Shown: positions 1 through 11,271, counted from the stretch's first letter. The stretch: DNA of 64,000 nt from Macrostomum lignano (GCA_002269645.1 NIVC01001010.1:62001-126000); one strand, 5' to 3'. A program made the numbers and translations. Notes: generated from the sequence alone by a model not told the origin.

Positions 1-118
1 TCTTCGTAGCCGCCTTCTCTACACTCGACTCATCGCGAGATGCACACGGTTCGCTGTCGCCAGCGTCAGCATCAGCAGAAGATCCCTCTGCTTGTGGGAT
101 GGTCACGTCGCTGCCCAT
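1..118 (-). CDS. Repeated exon copy 0 (truncated by the window edge) of the chromodomain gene exon array
   Basis: Same sequence as 711-1097; acceptor ttgtgcag|ATG with ATG at 118; continues off the left edge. Confidence 0.55.
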   Translation of the reverse strand, partial: MGSDVTIPQAEGSSADADAGDSEPCASRDESSVEKAATK

Positions 119-164
119 CTGCACAATGATTGATTTTGATGAACTAATGTAAACATATTATGAC

Positions 165-521
165 TCAATGAGGATTCAGCTGGATCCCATGTCTGAAAGT
201 CTGTTTGGCAGTCGGTGCTTGAAGCACCCACAGTCAATGTGAAACATTCAATGAGGGTTTAGCTGGACCCCATGTCTGAAAGTATGTTTGGCAGTCGGTG
301 CTTGAAGCACCCACAGTCAATGTGAACGACAATCAATGAGGGTTTAGCTGGACCCCATGTCTGAAAGTATGTTTGGCAGTCGATGCTTGAAGCACCCACA
401 GGCAATGTGAAACATTCAATGAGGGTTTAGCTGGACCCCATGTCTGAAAGTATGTTTGGCAGTCGATGCTTGAAGCACCCACAGTCAATGTGAAACATTC
501 AATGAGGGTTTAGCTGGACCC
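165..521. repeat. 89-91 bp satellite block (about 4 units)
   Basis: Unit aatgagggtttagctggaccccatgtctgaaagtatgtttggcagtcgRtgcttgaagcacccacagtcaatgtgaaacattc read directly. Confidence 0.95.
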
Positions 522-710
522 GCGACAAATATGCTGAAATTTGATTGATTGTGCTGACTTGGCATACGTCATGATAAAGTTTGCTTTTTTACAATCGAAA
601 CTAAGACATTGAAAGCTGCAGCATATTTTTGGCCCAATAAAAATGATATTCATTAAGTAAAGCGAATGCACTTTTCCAGCGTTAGTGTAACTCAACTCAG
701 CAATGCTCAC

Positions 711-1097
711 CGATTCAAAATGCTGACGCTGTGGGGACGGTTTCCGGTCTTGTATTTTGTTAGCAGATGACGTGATCATGAGATCAGCAGCACTTGAGTC
801 GGATTCCTCAACCATAGCATTCTCCTTCGATGACTGGAGCGCCAAGGTACTAGGAGAGCTCTTCTTGTCTCCAGGATGGTTTTTCCGGGTTTGTCCAGCA
901 GCCGCTGCCTCTTGAGTAGCTCTCGACACCCTGGCCGATGCTGAGAGCTGTTCACGCGACTTATGAACGGAAGTCGTCTTCTTCGTAGCCGCCTTCTCTA
1001 CACTCGACTCATCGCGAGATGCACACGGTTCGCTGTCGCCAGCGTCAGCATCAGCAGAAGATCCCTCTGCTTGTGGGATGGTCACGTCGCTGCCCAT
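711..1097 (-). CDS. Repeated 387-nt phase 0-0 exon copy 1 (MGSDVTIP...QRQHFES, Ser/Ala/Lys-rich low complexity)
   Basis: Acceptor aatcattgtgcag|ATG, donor TCG|GTGAGC, 129 codons open; the 197-aa track ORF is this exon plus intron read-through. Confidence 0.6.
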
Positions 1098-1143
1098 CTG
1101 CACAATGATTGATTTTGATGAACTAATGTAAACATATTATGAC

Positions 1144-1417
1144 TCAATGAGGATTCAGCTGGATCTCATGTCTGAAAGTCTGTTTGGCAGTCGGTGCTTG
1201 AAGCATCCACACTCAATGTGAACGACAATCAATGAGGGTTTAGCTGGACCCCATGTCTGAAAGTATGTTTGGCAGTCGATGCTTGAAGCACCCACAGGCA
1301 ATGTGAAACATTCAATGAGGGTTTAGCTGGACCCCATGTCTGAAAGTATGTTTGGCAGTCGATGCTTGAAGCACCCACAGTCAATGTGAAACATTCAATG
1401 AGGGTTTAGCTGGACCC
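1144..1417. repeat. 89-91 bp satellite block (about 3 units)
   Basis: Same unit as 165-521. Confidence 0.95.
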
Positions 1418-1606
1418 GCGACAAATATGCTGAAATTTGATTGATTGTGCTGACTTGGCATACGTCATGATAAAGTTTGCTTTTTTACAATCGAAACTAA
1501 GACATTGAAAGCTGCAGCATATTTTTGGCCCAATAAAAATGATATTCATTAAGTAAAGCGAATGCACTTTTTCAGCGTTAGTGTAACTCAACTCAGCAAT
1601 GCTCAC

Positions 1607-1993
1607 CGATTCAAAATGCTGACGCTGTGGTGACGGTTTCCGGTCTTGTATTTTGTTAGCAGATGACGTGATCATGAGATCAGCAGCACTTGAGTCGGAT
1701 TCCTCAACCATAGCATTCTCCTTCGATGACTGGAGCGCCAAGGTACTAGGAGAGCTCTTCTTGTCTCCAGGATGGTTTTTCCGGGTTTGTCCAGCAGCCG
1801 CTGCCTCTTGAGTAGCTCTCGACACCCTGGCCGATGCTGAGAGCTGTTCACGCGACTTATGAACGGAAGTCGTCTTCTTCGTAGCCGCCTTCTCTACACT
1901 CGACTCATCGCGAGATGCACACGGTTCGCTGTCGCCAGCGTCAGCATCAGCAGAAGATCCCTCTGCTTGTGGGATGGTCACGTCGCTGCCCAT
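1607..1993 (-). CDS. Repeated 387-nt exon copy 2
   Basis: Identical splice signals; differs from copy 1 by a synonymous TCC/TCA change. Confidence 0.6.
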
Positions 1994-2039
1994 CTGCACA
2001 ATGATTGATTTTGATGAACTAATGTAAACATATTATGAC

Positions 2040-2395
2040 TCAATGAGGATTCAGCTGGATCCCATGTCTGAAAGTCTGTTTGGCAGTCGGTGCTTGAAGC
2101 ATCCACACTCAATGTGAACGACAATCAATGAGGGTTTAGCTGGACCCATGTCTGAAAGTATGTTTGGCAGTCGGTGCTTGAAGCACCCACAGTCAATGTG
2201 AAACATTCAATGAGGGTTTAGCTGGACCCCATGTCTGAAAGTATGTTTGGCAGTCGATGCTTGAAGCACCCACAGGCAATGTGAAACATTCAATGAGGGT
2301 TTAGCTGGACCCCATGTCTGAAAGTATGTTTGGCAGTCGGTGCTTGAAGCACCCACAGTCAATGTGAAACATTCAATGAGGGTTTAGCTGGACCC
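2040..2395. repeat. 89-91 bp satellite block (about 4 units)
   Basis: Same unit as 165-521. Confidence 0.95.
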
Positions 2396-2584
2396 GCGAC
2401 AAATATGCTGAAATTTGATTGATTGTGCTGACTTGGCATACGTCATGATAAAGTTTGCTTTTTTACAATCGAAACTAAGACATTGAAAGCTGCAGCATAT
2501 TTTTGGCCCAATAAAAATGATATTCATTAAGTAAAGCGAATGCACTTTTCCAGCGTTAGTGTAACTCAACTCAGCAATGCTCAC

Positions 2585-2971
2585 CGATTCAAAATGCTGA
2601 CGCTGTGGTGACGGTTTCCGGTCTTGTATTTTGTTAGCAGATGACGTGATCATGAGATCAGCAGCACTTGAGTCGGATTCCTCAACCATAGCATTCTCCT
2701 TCGATGACTGGAGCGCCAAGGTACTAGGAGAGCTCTTCTTGTCTCCAGGATGGTTTTTCCGGGTTTGTCCAGCAGCCGCTGCCTCTTGAGTAGCTCTCGA
2801 CACCCTGGCCGATGCTGAGAGCTGTTCACGCGACTTATGAACGGAAGTCGTCTTCTTCGTAGCCGCCTTCTCTACACTCGACTCATCGCGAGATGCACAC
2901 GGTTTGCTGTCGCCAGCGTCAGCATCAGCAGAAGATCCCTCTGCTTGTGGGATGGTCACGTCGCTGCCCAT
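2585..2971 (-). CDS. Repeated 387-nt exon copy 3
   Basis: Identical splice signals; one E to K change (DSKPC). Confidence 0.6.
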
Positions 2972-3017
2972 CTGCACAATGATTGATTTTGATGAACTAA
3001 TGTAAACATATTATGAC

Positions 3018-3881
3018 TCAATGAGGATTCAGCTGGATCCCATGTCTGAAAGTCTGTTTGGCAGTCGGTGCTTGAAGCATCCATACTCAATGTGAACGAC
3101 AATCAATGAGGGTTTAGCTGGACCCCATGTCTGAAAGTATGTTTGGCAGTCGATGCTTGAAGCACCCACAGGCAATGTGAAACATTCAATGAGGGTTTAG
3201 CTGGACCCCATGTCTGAAAGTATGTTTGGCAGTCGATGCTTGAAGCACCCACAGTCAATGTGAAACATTCAATGAGGGTTTAGCTGGACCCCATGTCTGA
3301 AAGTATGTTTGGCAGTCGGTGCTTGAAGCATCCACACTCAATGTGAACGACAATCAATGAGGGTTTAGCTGGACCCCATGTCTGAAAGTATGTTTGGCAG
3401 TCGGTGCTTGAAGCACCCACAGTCAATGTGAAACATTCAATGAGGGTTTAGCTGGACCCCATGTCTGAAAGTATGTTTGGCAGTCGGTGCTTGAAGCATC
3501 CATACTCAATGTGAACGACAATCAATGAGGGTTTAGCTTGACCCCATGTCTGAAAGTATGTTTGGCAGTCGATGCTTGAAGCACCCACAGTCAATGTGAA
3601 ACATTCAATGAGGGTTTAGCTGGACCCCATGTCTGAAAGTATGTTTGGCAGTCGATGCTTGAAGCACCCACAGTCAATGTGAAACATTCAATGAGGGTTT
3701 AGCTGGACCCCATGTCTGAAAGTATGTTTGGCAGTCGGTGCTTGAGGCACCCACAGTCAATGTGAACGACAATCAATGAGGGTTTAGCTGGACCCCATGT
3801 CTGAAAGTATGTTTGGCAGTCGGTGCTTGAAGCACCCACAGTCAATGTGAACGACATTCAATGAGGGTTTAGCTGGACCCC
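3018..3881. repeat. 89-91 bp satellite block (about 10 units)
   Basis: Same unit; ends at ggacccc|acctc. Confidence 0.95.
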
Positions 3882-3983
3882 ACCTCTCAGATTGGAATGC
3901 TTTCGAATGAAATCGTGCCTTAAGATTCGATTGCGGAATGAAGTGGCATACATCTAAGTAACAGTTAAGTCAGGAGTTCCTAC

Positions 3984-4024
3984 CGTCATCGTTTTCTGCT
4001 GCTCGTTCGGCGGGAAGCATTTTT
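3984..4024 (-). CDS. Chromodomain gene linker micro-exon (EKCFPPNEQQKTMT), phase 1 to phase 0
   Basis: tctaac branch-like motif plus ctctctttc...ttccag acceptor; donor ACG|GTAGGA; restores frame between the chromodomain exon and the repeated exons. Confidence 0.5.
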
Positions 4025-4145
4025 CTGGAATGTTTTGAATTTGGTAGATTTTGAAAGAGAGTTAGATTGTCATTTTTTATCTGACACAAGTTAGACGGTC
4101 AATTATTTAATAAGATTATTACACGTGATGACTAAAAATTCTTAC

Positions 4146-4216
4146 CGCAAGATGAATGCAGACTTTGAATCACACTTGTTGGTATGTTGCTTCGTGGCTC
4201 CCAAGACTTTTGATTG
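4146..4216 (-). CDS. Chromodomain C-terminal half exon (SNQKSWEPRSNIPTSVIQSLHSSC)
   Basis: Acceptor catattttag|, donor TGCG|GTAAGA; SWEPRSNI matches the chromodomain TWEPxxNL motif; phase matches the upstream exon. Confidence 0.75.
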
Positions 4217-4327
4217 CTAAAATATGAAAGCACTGTTTATTAGCCGAACCGATATGGCCGTATGGAAACAACTCTTAGTATATATAATAAATAGAGTGCA
4301 GTGGTGAATAAGTCTTCTGAAACTCAC

Positions 4328-4421
4328 CTTGAATATCCTTTCCACTTTATGTAGAGCTTCTTTTTCGTGCACTTGATAATCCTTTCAACGTAGAAACGCC
4401 TACTAGCTTGGGGCTTTTTTT
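4328..4421 (-). CDS. Chromodomain N-terminal half exon (KKPQASRRFYVERIIKCTKKKLYIKWKGYS)
   Basis: Donor TCAAG|GTGAGT; FYVERII...YIKWKGY matches the chromodomain YxVExI...YLVKWKGY motif. The 5' boundary (gcatgcag|) is less certain. Confidence 0.75.
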
Positions 4422-5559
4422 CTGCATGCTGGCGTGTTAAGGACAACCAGTTGGCAGAACCAACTTGTGAGGCCAACTAATTCAAGTTGAAGTCTTGTTT
4501 GAGGTTGGAAATTGGTCTGTTTTTGTGATTAGGAAGATGTTTACGTTGACCCTCTATTTCAGACCCTCGACCTTGATGATTAAGCCAGCTACAGACCAAT
4601 AAGAGCCCTTCGGAGGGAGAGAGGGAAATGACCAACGTTCAAACGGACGGACAGTAAGGAATGAAAGTTAAACCACCCCATTCTTGACTGTCCGTTTAAG
4701 CACAGGATTGGCTGATGAGCTTTGGGGTTTGCTTGGACCTCAGTCAGGATGGTTCGGCTTTTAAAGTTTCATTATTCAGCCCTATCCTATCGGTTGCCGA
4801 AGCTGTAAACGTTTGAATATAAAGCACACAAACTATTTTAGGAGTCCGTGCTGTAAGCAAGGCTCTTGTCTTTATGTCTCCTTAAATTAAGCAATGCTGC
4901 AAATGCAGCATGAGAAATGCATAGCATGCATAGCCTTCAATCTAGGTTCTCTAAAATCAACACTTGATGAAGCATTTATTCCAAGCATGATAGCGACAGG
5001 AATATTAGTGAACAGTTTTGTTTCAGAAACCACAAGTAATAAATAAAACCATCTCGTGAATTTTTAGTTATTATGGGCTACATCGGAGCTTCGTTTGTAG
5101 CAGAAACTTCAATTTTATTTTACATTCCAATCACTTCGGCCTGTTTAGTAAGCTTGCTTCTGCAACTCAAAAATGCCCCAATGTGCTTAAACACGCATTT
5201 TAAAGAGCTATATCATAAAAAAATAAGTTTTCATACATACAAAACATACACTATGTATGTGTGAAATTTGTCTGTTTTCGGGTTAGGTGGACCTTAGCGA
5301 TGTGGTTTGGGTGGACTGTGTTAAAGGTCCTTGTAAACTAAAATACTCAATACTTAAAATCTAAACTACTTTAAGTAGAGGGACTTTGGCCACAGTAATG
5401 GCTGCCTTTCAGACTATGCAGTCAGTCAAGATAAACCCTCTCTGTACTTCCCATCAAGGAAATTTAAAGTGGTCCACTTAAAGGGTCCATGTAATCGAAA
5501 GGTCCCGCTAACGAGGCTTTTAAACCGACGGAGAGTCTACGCAAACACACATACACTAA

Positions 5560-5560
5560 C

Positions 5561-5629
<69 letters not shown>

Positions 5630-5660
5630 GACAGACAGACAGAGAGACAGACAGACAGAC

Positions 5661-5703
<43 letters not shown>

Positions 5704-5758
5704 GACAGACAGACAGACAGAGAGACAGACAGACAGACAGAGAGACAGACAGACACTA

Positions 5759-5839
<81 letters not shown>

Positions 5840-5868
5840 GGCAGGCAGGCAGACAGACAGACAGACAG

Positions 5869-5919
<51 letters not shown>

Positions 5920-5946
5920 GGGACACTCTGACTGACAGACACTCTA

Positions 5947-6007
<61 letters not shown>

Positions 6008-6044
6008 GAGACAGACAGACAGACAGAGGGACAAACAGACAGAC

Positions 6045-6079
<35 letters not shown>

Positions 6080-6081
6080 GG

Positions 6082-6115
<34 letters not shown>

Positions 6116-6125
6116 GACAGACAGA
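5560..6125. repeat. (ACAG)n/(AGAC)n microsatellite
   Basis: Direct reading. Confidence 0.95.
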
Positions 6126-6305
6126 CTCTCTGTGGCTTGGGGGGGGGGCGGGGTTGGCCCTCATGGCTGTGAATCGAACGACAACTCCAAGCCCCAAATG
6201 CATGTGTTTGCGCACCGAATCGAACCAGGGGCTGTCGTGGGCGTTCACCGCTATCGAAGCTGAGCACTCCGCCCCTTCTTCGAGACACGTTCGTATGAGT
6301 GCCCA
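6126..6305 (-). mobile_element. Possible short dispersed (SINE-like) repeat
   Basis: 24/25-nt identity with 18901-18925 plus scattered downstream matches; B-box-like GGTTCGATTC on the minus strand at 6217-6226; abuts a microsatellite. Confidence 0.3.
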
Positions 6306-6605
6306 ATTTTTGGATTGGAACACATGAGTCTACGACAATCCACCAATCCACGCATCCTTGATACTTTTATACTAGTTTAGCCCTGCTAGCTGTACTCGCC
6401 CATGCGAGAAGAACATTTTTCTTAAGCTCTCTCTCTCCTGTCACAGCTTAGCACTCCGACCTGTGTTTCTCCATGCCTTGTACATGTAAATTCCTCCCCG
6501 TCTTTCCCTTCACTAACAACTCTCTTAGTTTACTATGCATGTAGTTGCATTTTATAAACGGATCCTATAGCCAATAATTTTATAACTCAATACGCCGTGG
6601 GGCCG

Positions 6606-7876
6606 TCACCTCTACTCTCTCTCTCCTCTCTCTCCCCTCACTCTTTACCTCTCTCTCCCTCTCTCTCTCTCCTCTCTCTCCTCTCACTCTTTACCTCTCT
6701 CTCCCTCTCTCTCTCCTCTCTCTCCTCTCACTCTTTACCTCTCTCTCTCCCTCTCTCTCTCCTCTCTCCTCTCTCCCTCTCTCTCCTCTCACTCATTACC
6801 TCTCTCTCTCCCTCTCTCTCTCCTCTCTCCTCTCTCCCTCTCTCTCCTCTCACTCATTACCTCTCTCTCTCCCTCTCTCCTCTCTCTTCCTCTCTCTCCT
6901 CTCACTCTTTACCTCTCTCTCTCCCTCTCTCTCTCCTCTCTCCTCTCTCCCTCTCTCTCCTCTCACTCATTACCTCTCTCTCTCCCTCTCTCCTCTCTCT
7001 TCCTCTCTCTCCTCTCTCTCTTTACCTCTCTCTCTCCCTCTGTCTCTCTCCCTCTCTCTCTCTCCTCTCTCTCCTCTCTCCCTCTCTCCTCTCTCTTCCT
7101 CTCTCTCCTCTCTCTCCCCTCACTCTTTACCTCTCTCTCCCTCTCTCTCTCCTCTCTCTCCTCTCACTCTTTACCTCTCTCTCTCCCTCTCTCTCTCCTC
7201 TCTCTCCTCTCTCCCTCTCTCTCCTCTCACTCATTACCTCTCTCTCTCCCTCTCTCCTCTCTCTTCCTCTCTCTCCTCTCTCTCTTTACCTCTCTCTCTC
7301 CCTCTGTCTCTCTCCCTCTCTCTCTCCTCTCTCTCCTCTCTCCCTCTCTCTCCTCTCACTCATTACCTCTCTCTCCCTCTCTCCTCTCTCTCCCTCTCTC
7401 TCCTCTCTCTCTCTTTACCTCTCTCTCTCTCCCTCTCTCCTCTCTCTCCCTCTCTCTCCTCTCTCTCTTTACCTCCCTCTCTCCCTCTCTCTCTCTCCCT
7501 CTCTCTCCTCTCTCTCTCCTCTCTCTCTCCTCTCTCTCCTCTCTCTCTTCCTCTTTCTCCTCTCTCCCTCTTTCTCCTCTCACTCTTTACCTCTCTCTCT
7601 CTCCCTCTCTCTCCTCTCTCTCCCTCCCTCTCTCTCCTCTCTCTCTCCCTCTCTCTCCTCTCTCTCCCTCTCTCTCCTCTCTCTCTTTACCTCCCTCTCT
7701 CCCTCTCTCTCTCGCTCTCTCTCCTCTCTCTCTCCTCTCTCTCCCTCTCTCCTCTCCCTCTCTCCTCTCTCTCTCCTCTCTCTCTCTCCTCTCTCTCTCC
7801 CTCTCTCTCGTCTCTCTCTATCTCTCCCTCTCTCCCTCTCTCTCTCGCTCTCTCTCCTCTCTCTCCCCCTCTCTCG
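6606..7876. repeat. CT-rich polypyrimidine satellite
   Basis: Degenerate (CT)n with recurring ctcactctttacct/ctcactcattacct motifs. Confidence 0.95.
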
Positions 7877-8451
7877 ATTTAGTTCGTCGATCGCGTCCAG
7901 TCAGAATCGATAGCGCGCAGTCCATCGGGAGTCCGGGCCATGCTATGCATGCTCGCATACGCTTGAATAGTGAAGCTTGAGTTCTGCCTGGCAACGAGGT
8001 GCTGGCTTTGCTCGAGCCTGTCAACTTGAGTTTTTGCGTGGCAATCGGGTCACAGATTCCTGGATTCGATTATCTATATAGCAAATTGAGCTGTGCTCAT
8101 GCGACGCCTCTCTTAATTCTCAATTGCTCTTTCAAAATAGTTGCCGAGGAAGCCGCTAATCTAATTGTGCAGCTGTAACTCATCAATGATGCAGCTGACA
8201 TCTCTTGTTAAACAACTGGGATAGGAGTCACTTTAAGCGTAGGAGTTGAGATTAAAGCAAGGCTATTCTTTAGCTAAATTTTTGAGTCGTGTCAGTTAAT
8301 CCCTTCCTAATGAGCACGGACTGAGAACTTAAGCTAATCAGAAAATATACTGACGCTGGGCCGGCCTCGCTAGTCACCGGACTTTTTCATCTCGGAGCGT
8401 CGTAACTCCTCGTCTCTGCCGATTCTAAGACCCCCCCCAGCATTTTGCCCG

Positions 8452-9027
8452 CTGCTTACCCTCTCCGGCCCTTCATCAGCTGCCAATGCTACCCTCTCCG
8501 GCCCTTCATCAGCTGCCACTGCTACCCTTTCCGGCCCTTCATCAGCTGCCACTGCTACCCTCTCCGGCCCTTCATCAGCTGCCACTGCTACCCTCTCCGG
8601 CCCTTCATCAGCTGCCAATGCTACCCTCTCCGGCCCTTCATCAGCTGCCACTGCTACCCTTTCCGGCCCTTCATCAGCTGCCACTGCTACCCTCTCCGGC
8701 CCTTCATCAGCTGCCACTGCTACCCTCTCCGGCCCTTCATCAGCTGCCACTGCTACCCTCTCCGGCCCTTCATCAGCTGCCACTGCTACCCTCTCCGGCC
8801 CTTCATCAGCTGCCACTGCTACCCTCTCCGGCCCTTCATCAGCTGCCACTGCTACCCTTTCCGGCCCTTCATCAGCTGCCACTGCTACCCTCTCCGGCCC
8901 TTCATCAGCTGCCACTGCTACCCTTTCCGGCCCTTCATCAGCTGCCAATGCTACCCTCTCCGGCCCTTCATCAGCTGCCACTGCTACCCTCTCCGTCCCT
9001 TCATCAGCTGCCACTGCTACCCTCTCC
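8452..9027. repeat. 33-bp minisatellite (about 17 units)
   Basis: Unit ctgccactgctaccctctccggcccttcatcag. Confidence 0.95.
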
Positions 9028-9779
9028 AGTCTTTCTGAAGCAGCTAAAATTGAAAGTAGAAAAAGTTTCAAAGCCGAAAGCAGCAGAAGACAGTGTTTGT
9101 TTCTATTCCGCTAAATTAACAGCGGAAAGCAGCAGCCGAGAGAACTCTCTTGGGCGTCGCACGCAACACAGCAGCACAAGGGGCTCTCTCGTAGAATCCT
9201 CAATTCCTTGACAAGTGCGAGCCTCAGCTGCCTTCATCGGAACTCGATAAATCATTCGACACTTGAGACTTCATTCGGCCATCTCTCCCAGCAGAGATTC
9301 TCTTGCACTGCTCCCTCATCATCTACTTCCTTCCCTTGCTTCACTCCTCCGCTGCCTCGCGCATCGCCATATTTTATTGCCCGCAACCCCCCCCCCGGCT
9401 CCGACTCGCCCCGCCCCGAAGTCATAAATTAGATTCGAGCTCAAGCTGCCATTTCTCCATCCTCCCCTTTACTGGCTGAAACCATAGATGGGAAAACTGA
9501 ATGCACTTTTCCCAGCGACGACCGCCTGCTTTGGGCTCTCTGACTCAATTTCCCTCTGCCATTTCATTACCGCAAGTGAGGACTGTGAGTTATTATCTCC
9601 AAGGCCTGCTAGTCTGCGGTGAGCAATGCGCCCGTAAAACTTTCCGAGAAATAGTTCCGTTCTGTTCTTAGCTGGGAAGCATTGGTTTGAGTTCATAGCG
9701 CGGGACCGGCTGAGATCTGATGAGAGTAGGTGTGAGTAGGTGAGTCTAGGCTGAGTCTGTCTTAAACTGAGGAATTGGG

Positions 9780-10410
9780 AAGGATCTTGGTAGATTGTAA
9801 AGGATCTTGGTAGATTGTGAAGGATCTGGGTAGATTGTAAAGGATCTGAGTATATTGTGAAAGATCTGGGTAGATTGTGAAAGATCTGGGTAGATTGTGA
9901 AGGATCTGGGTAGATTGTGAATTATCTGGGTAGATTGTGAAAGATCTGGGTAGATTGTGAAGGATCTGGATAGATTGTGAATTATCTGGGTAGATTGTGA
10001 AGGATCTGAGTAGATTGTGAAAGATCTGGGCAGATTGTGAAAGTTCTGGGTAGATTGTGAAGGATCTGGGTAGATTGTGAAAGATCTGGGTAGATTGTGA
10101 AGGATCTGGGTAGATTGTGAAGGATCTGAGTAGATTGTGAAAGATCTGGGTATATTGTGAAAGATCTGGGTAGATTGTGAAACATCTGGGTATATTGTGA
10201 AGGATCTGGATAGATTTTGAAGTATCTGGGTAGATTGTGAAGGATCTGAGTAGATTGTGAAAGATCTGGGTAGATTGTGAAAGATCTGGGTAGATTGTGA
10301 AGTATATGGGTAGATTTTAAAGGATCTGGGTAGATTGTGAAGGATCTGGGTAGTTTGTGACGTATCTGGGTAGTTTGTGACGTATCTGGGTATATTGTGA
10401 AGGATCTGGA
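9780..10410. repeat. 20-bp minisatellite
   Basis: Unit gtagattgtgaaRgatctgg. Confidence 0.95.
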
Positions 10411-10721
10411 TCACATTTACTGAATTTACTTCTGCACTGACGGGCTTACCACTCTGTCTTTTCTACTTTCAGTAGCCAGTTTAGTTCAAAACAAGCTTAG
10501 TGCGAAAGTTCGACGATAAGGCAGATGGCAGATGGCCAAGCTCTCAACTAATTTCCCAGCAACTTTTCTTGGGAGAAAATAGCGGACCGCGTCACGCATA
10601 TTGGCGACTAAATTGACCGAACTTTCTCAATCTTTGGCTCTGGATAATTGAAGTGGCGGTGGATGCTGCAGATGACTGATCGGGTGCGGGGTGCGTAGGC
10701 GGCCAGCGTTTGTGCGACGGA

Positions 10722-10804
10722 GTACTAGTATTAGTAATAGTAGTAGTAGTAGTAGTAGTAGTGGTAGTGGTAGTAGTAGTAGTGGTAGTAGTAGTAGTAG
10801 TAGC

Positions 10805-10896
<92 letters not shown>

Positions 10897-10924
10897 TAGT
10901 AGTAGTAGTAGTGGTAGTGGTAGC

Positions 10925-10971
<47 letters not shown>

Positions 10972-10988
10972 TGGTAGTAGTAGTAGTG

Positions 10989-11064
<76 letters not shown>

Positions 11065-11143
11065 TGGTAGCAGTAGTAGTAGTAGTAGTAGTAGTGGTAG
11101 TGGTAGCAGTAGTAGTAGTAGTAGTAGTAGTGGTAGTGGTAGC

Positions 11144-11223
<80 letters not shown>

Positions 11224-11225
11224 TG

Positions 11226-11271
<46 letters not shown>

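Noticed and set aside
663-682. gaatgcacttttcc shared with about 9500-9515
   Set aside because: A 14-nt match is expected by chance in 64 kb.
510-710. C-terminal part of the 197-aa track ORFs (VSIAEL...CRGSS)
   Set aside because: Lies after a consensus GTGAG donor; intron read-through.
165-3881. CRISPR-like appearance (palindromic repeats separated by longer segments)
   Set aside because: Repeats are 89-91 bp and directly tandem, the intervening segments are identical copies, there are no cas genes and the context is eukaryotic.
165-3881. Hammerhead ribozyme or tRNA in the 89-bp unit
   Set aside because: CTGAAAG does not fit CUGANGA, GAAAC is not placed between suitable stems, and there is no T-loop/B-box or acceptor stem.
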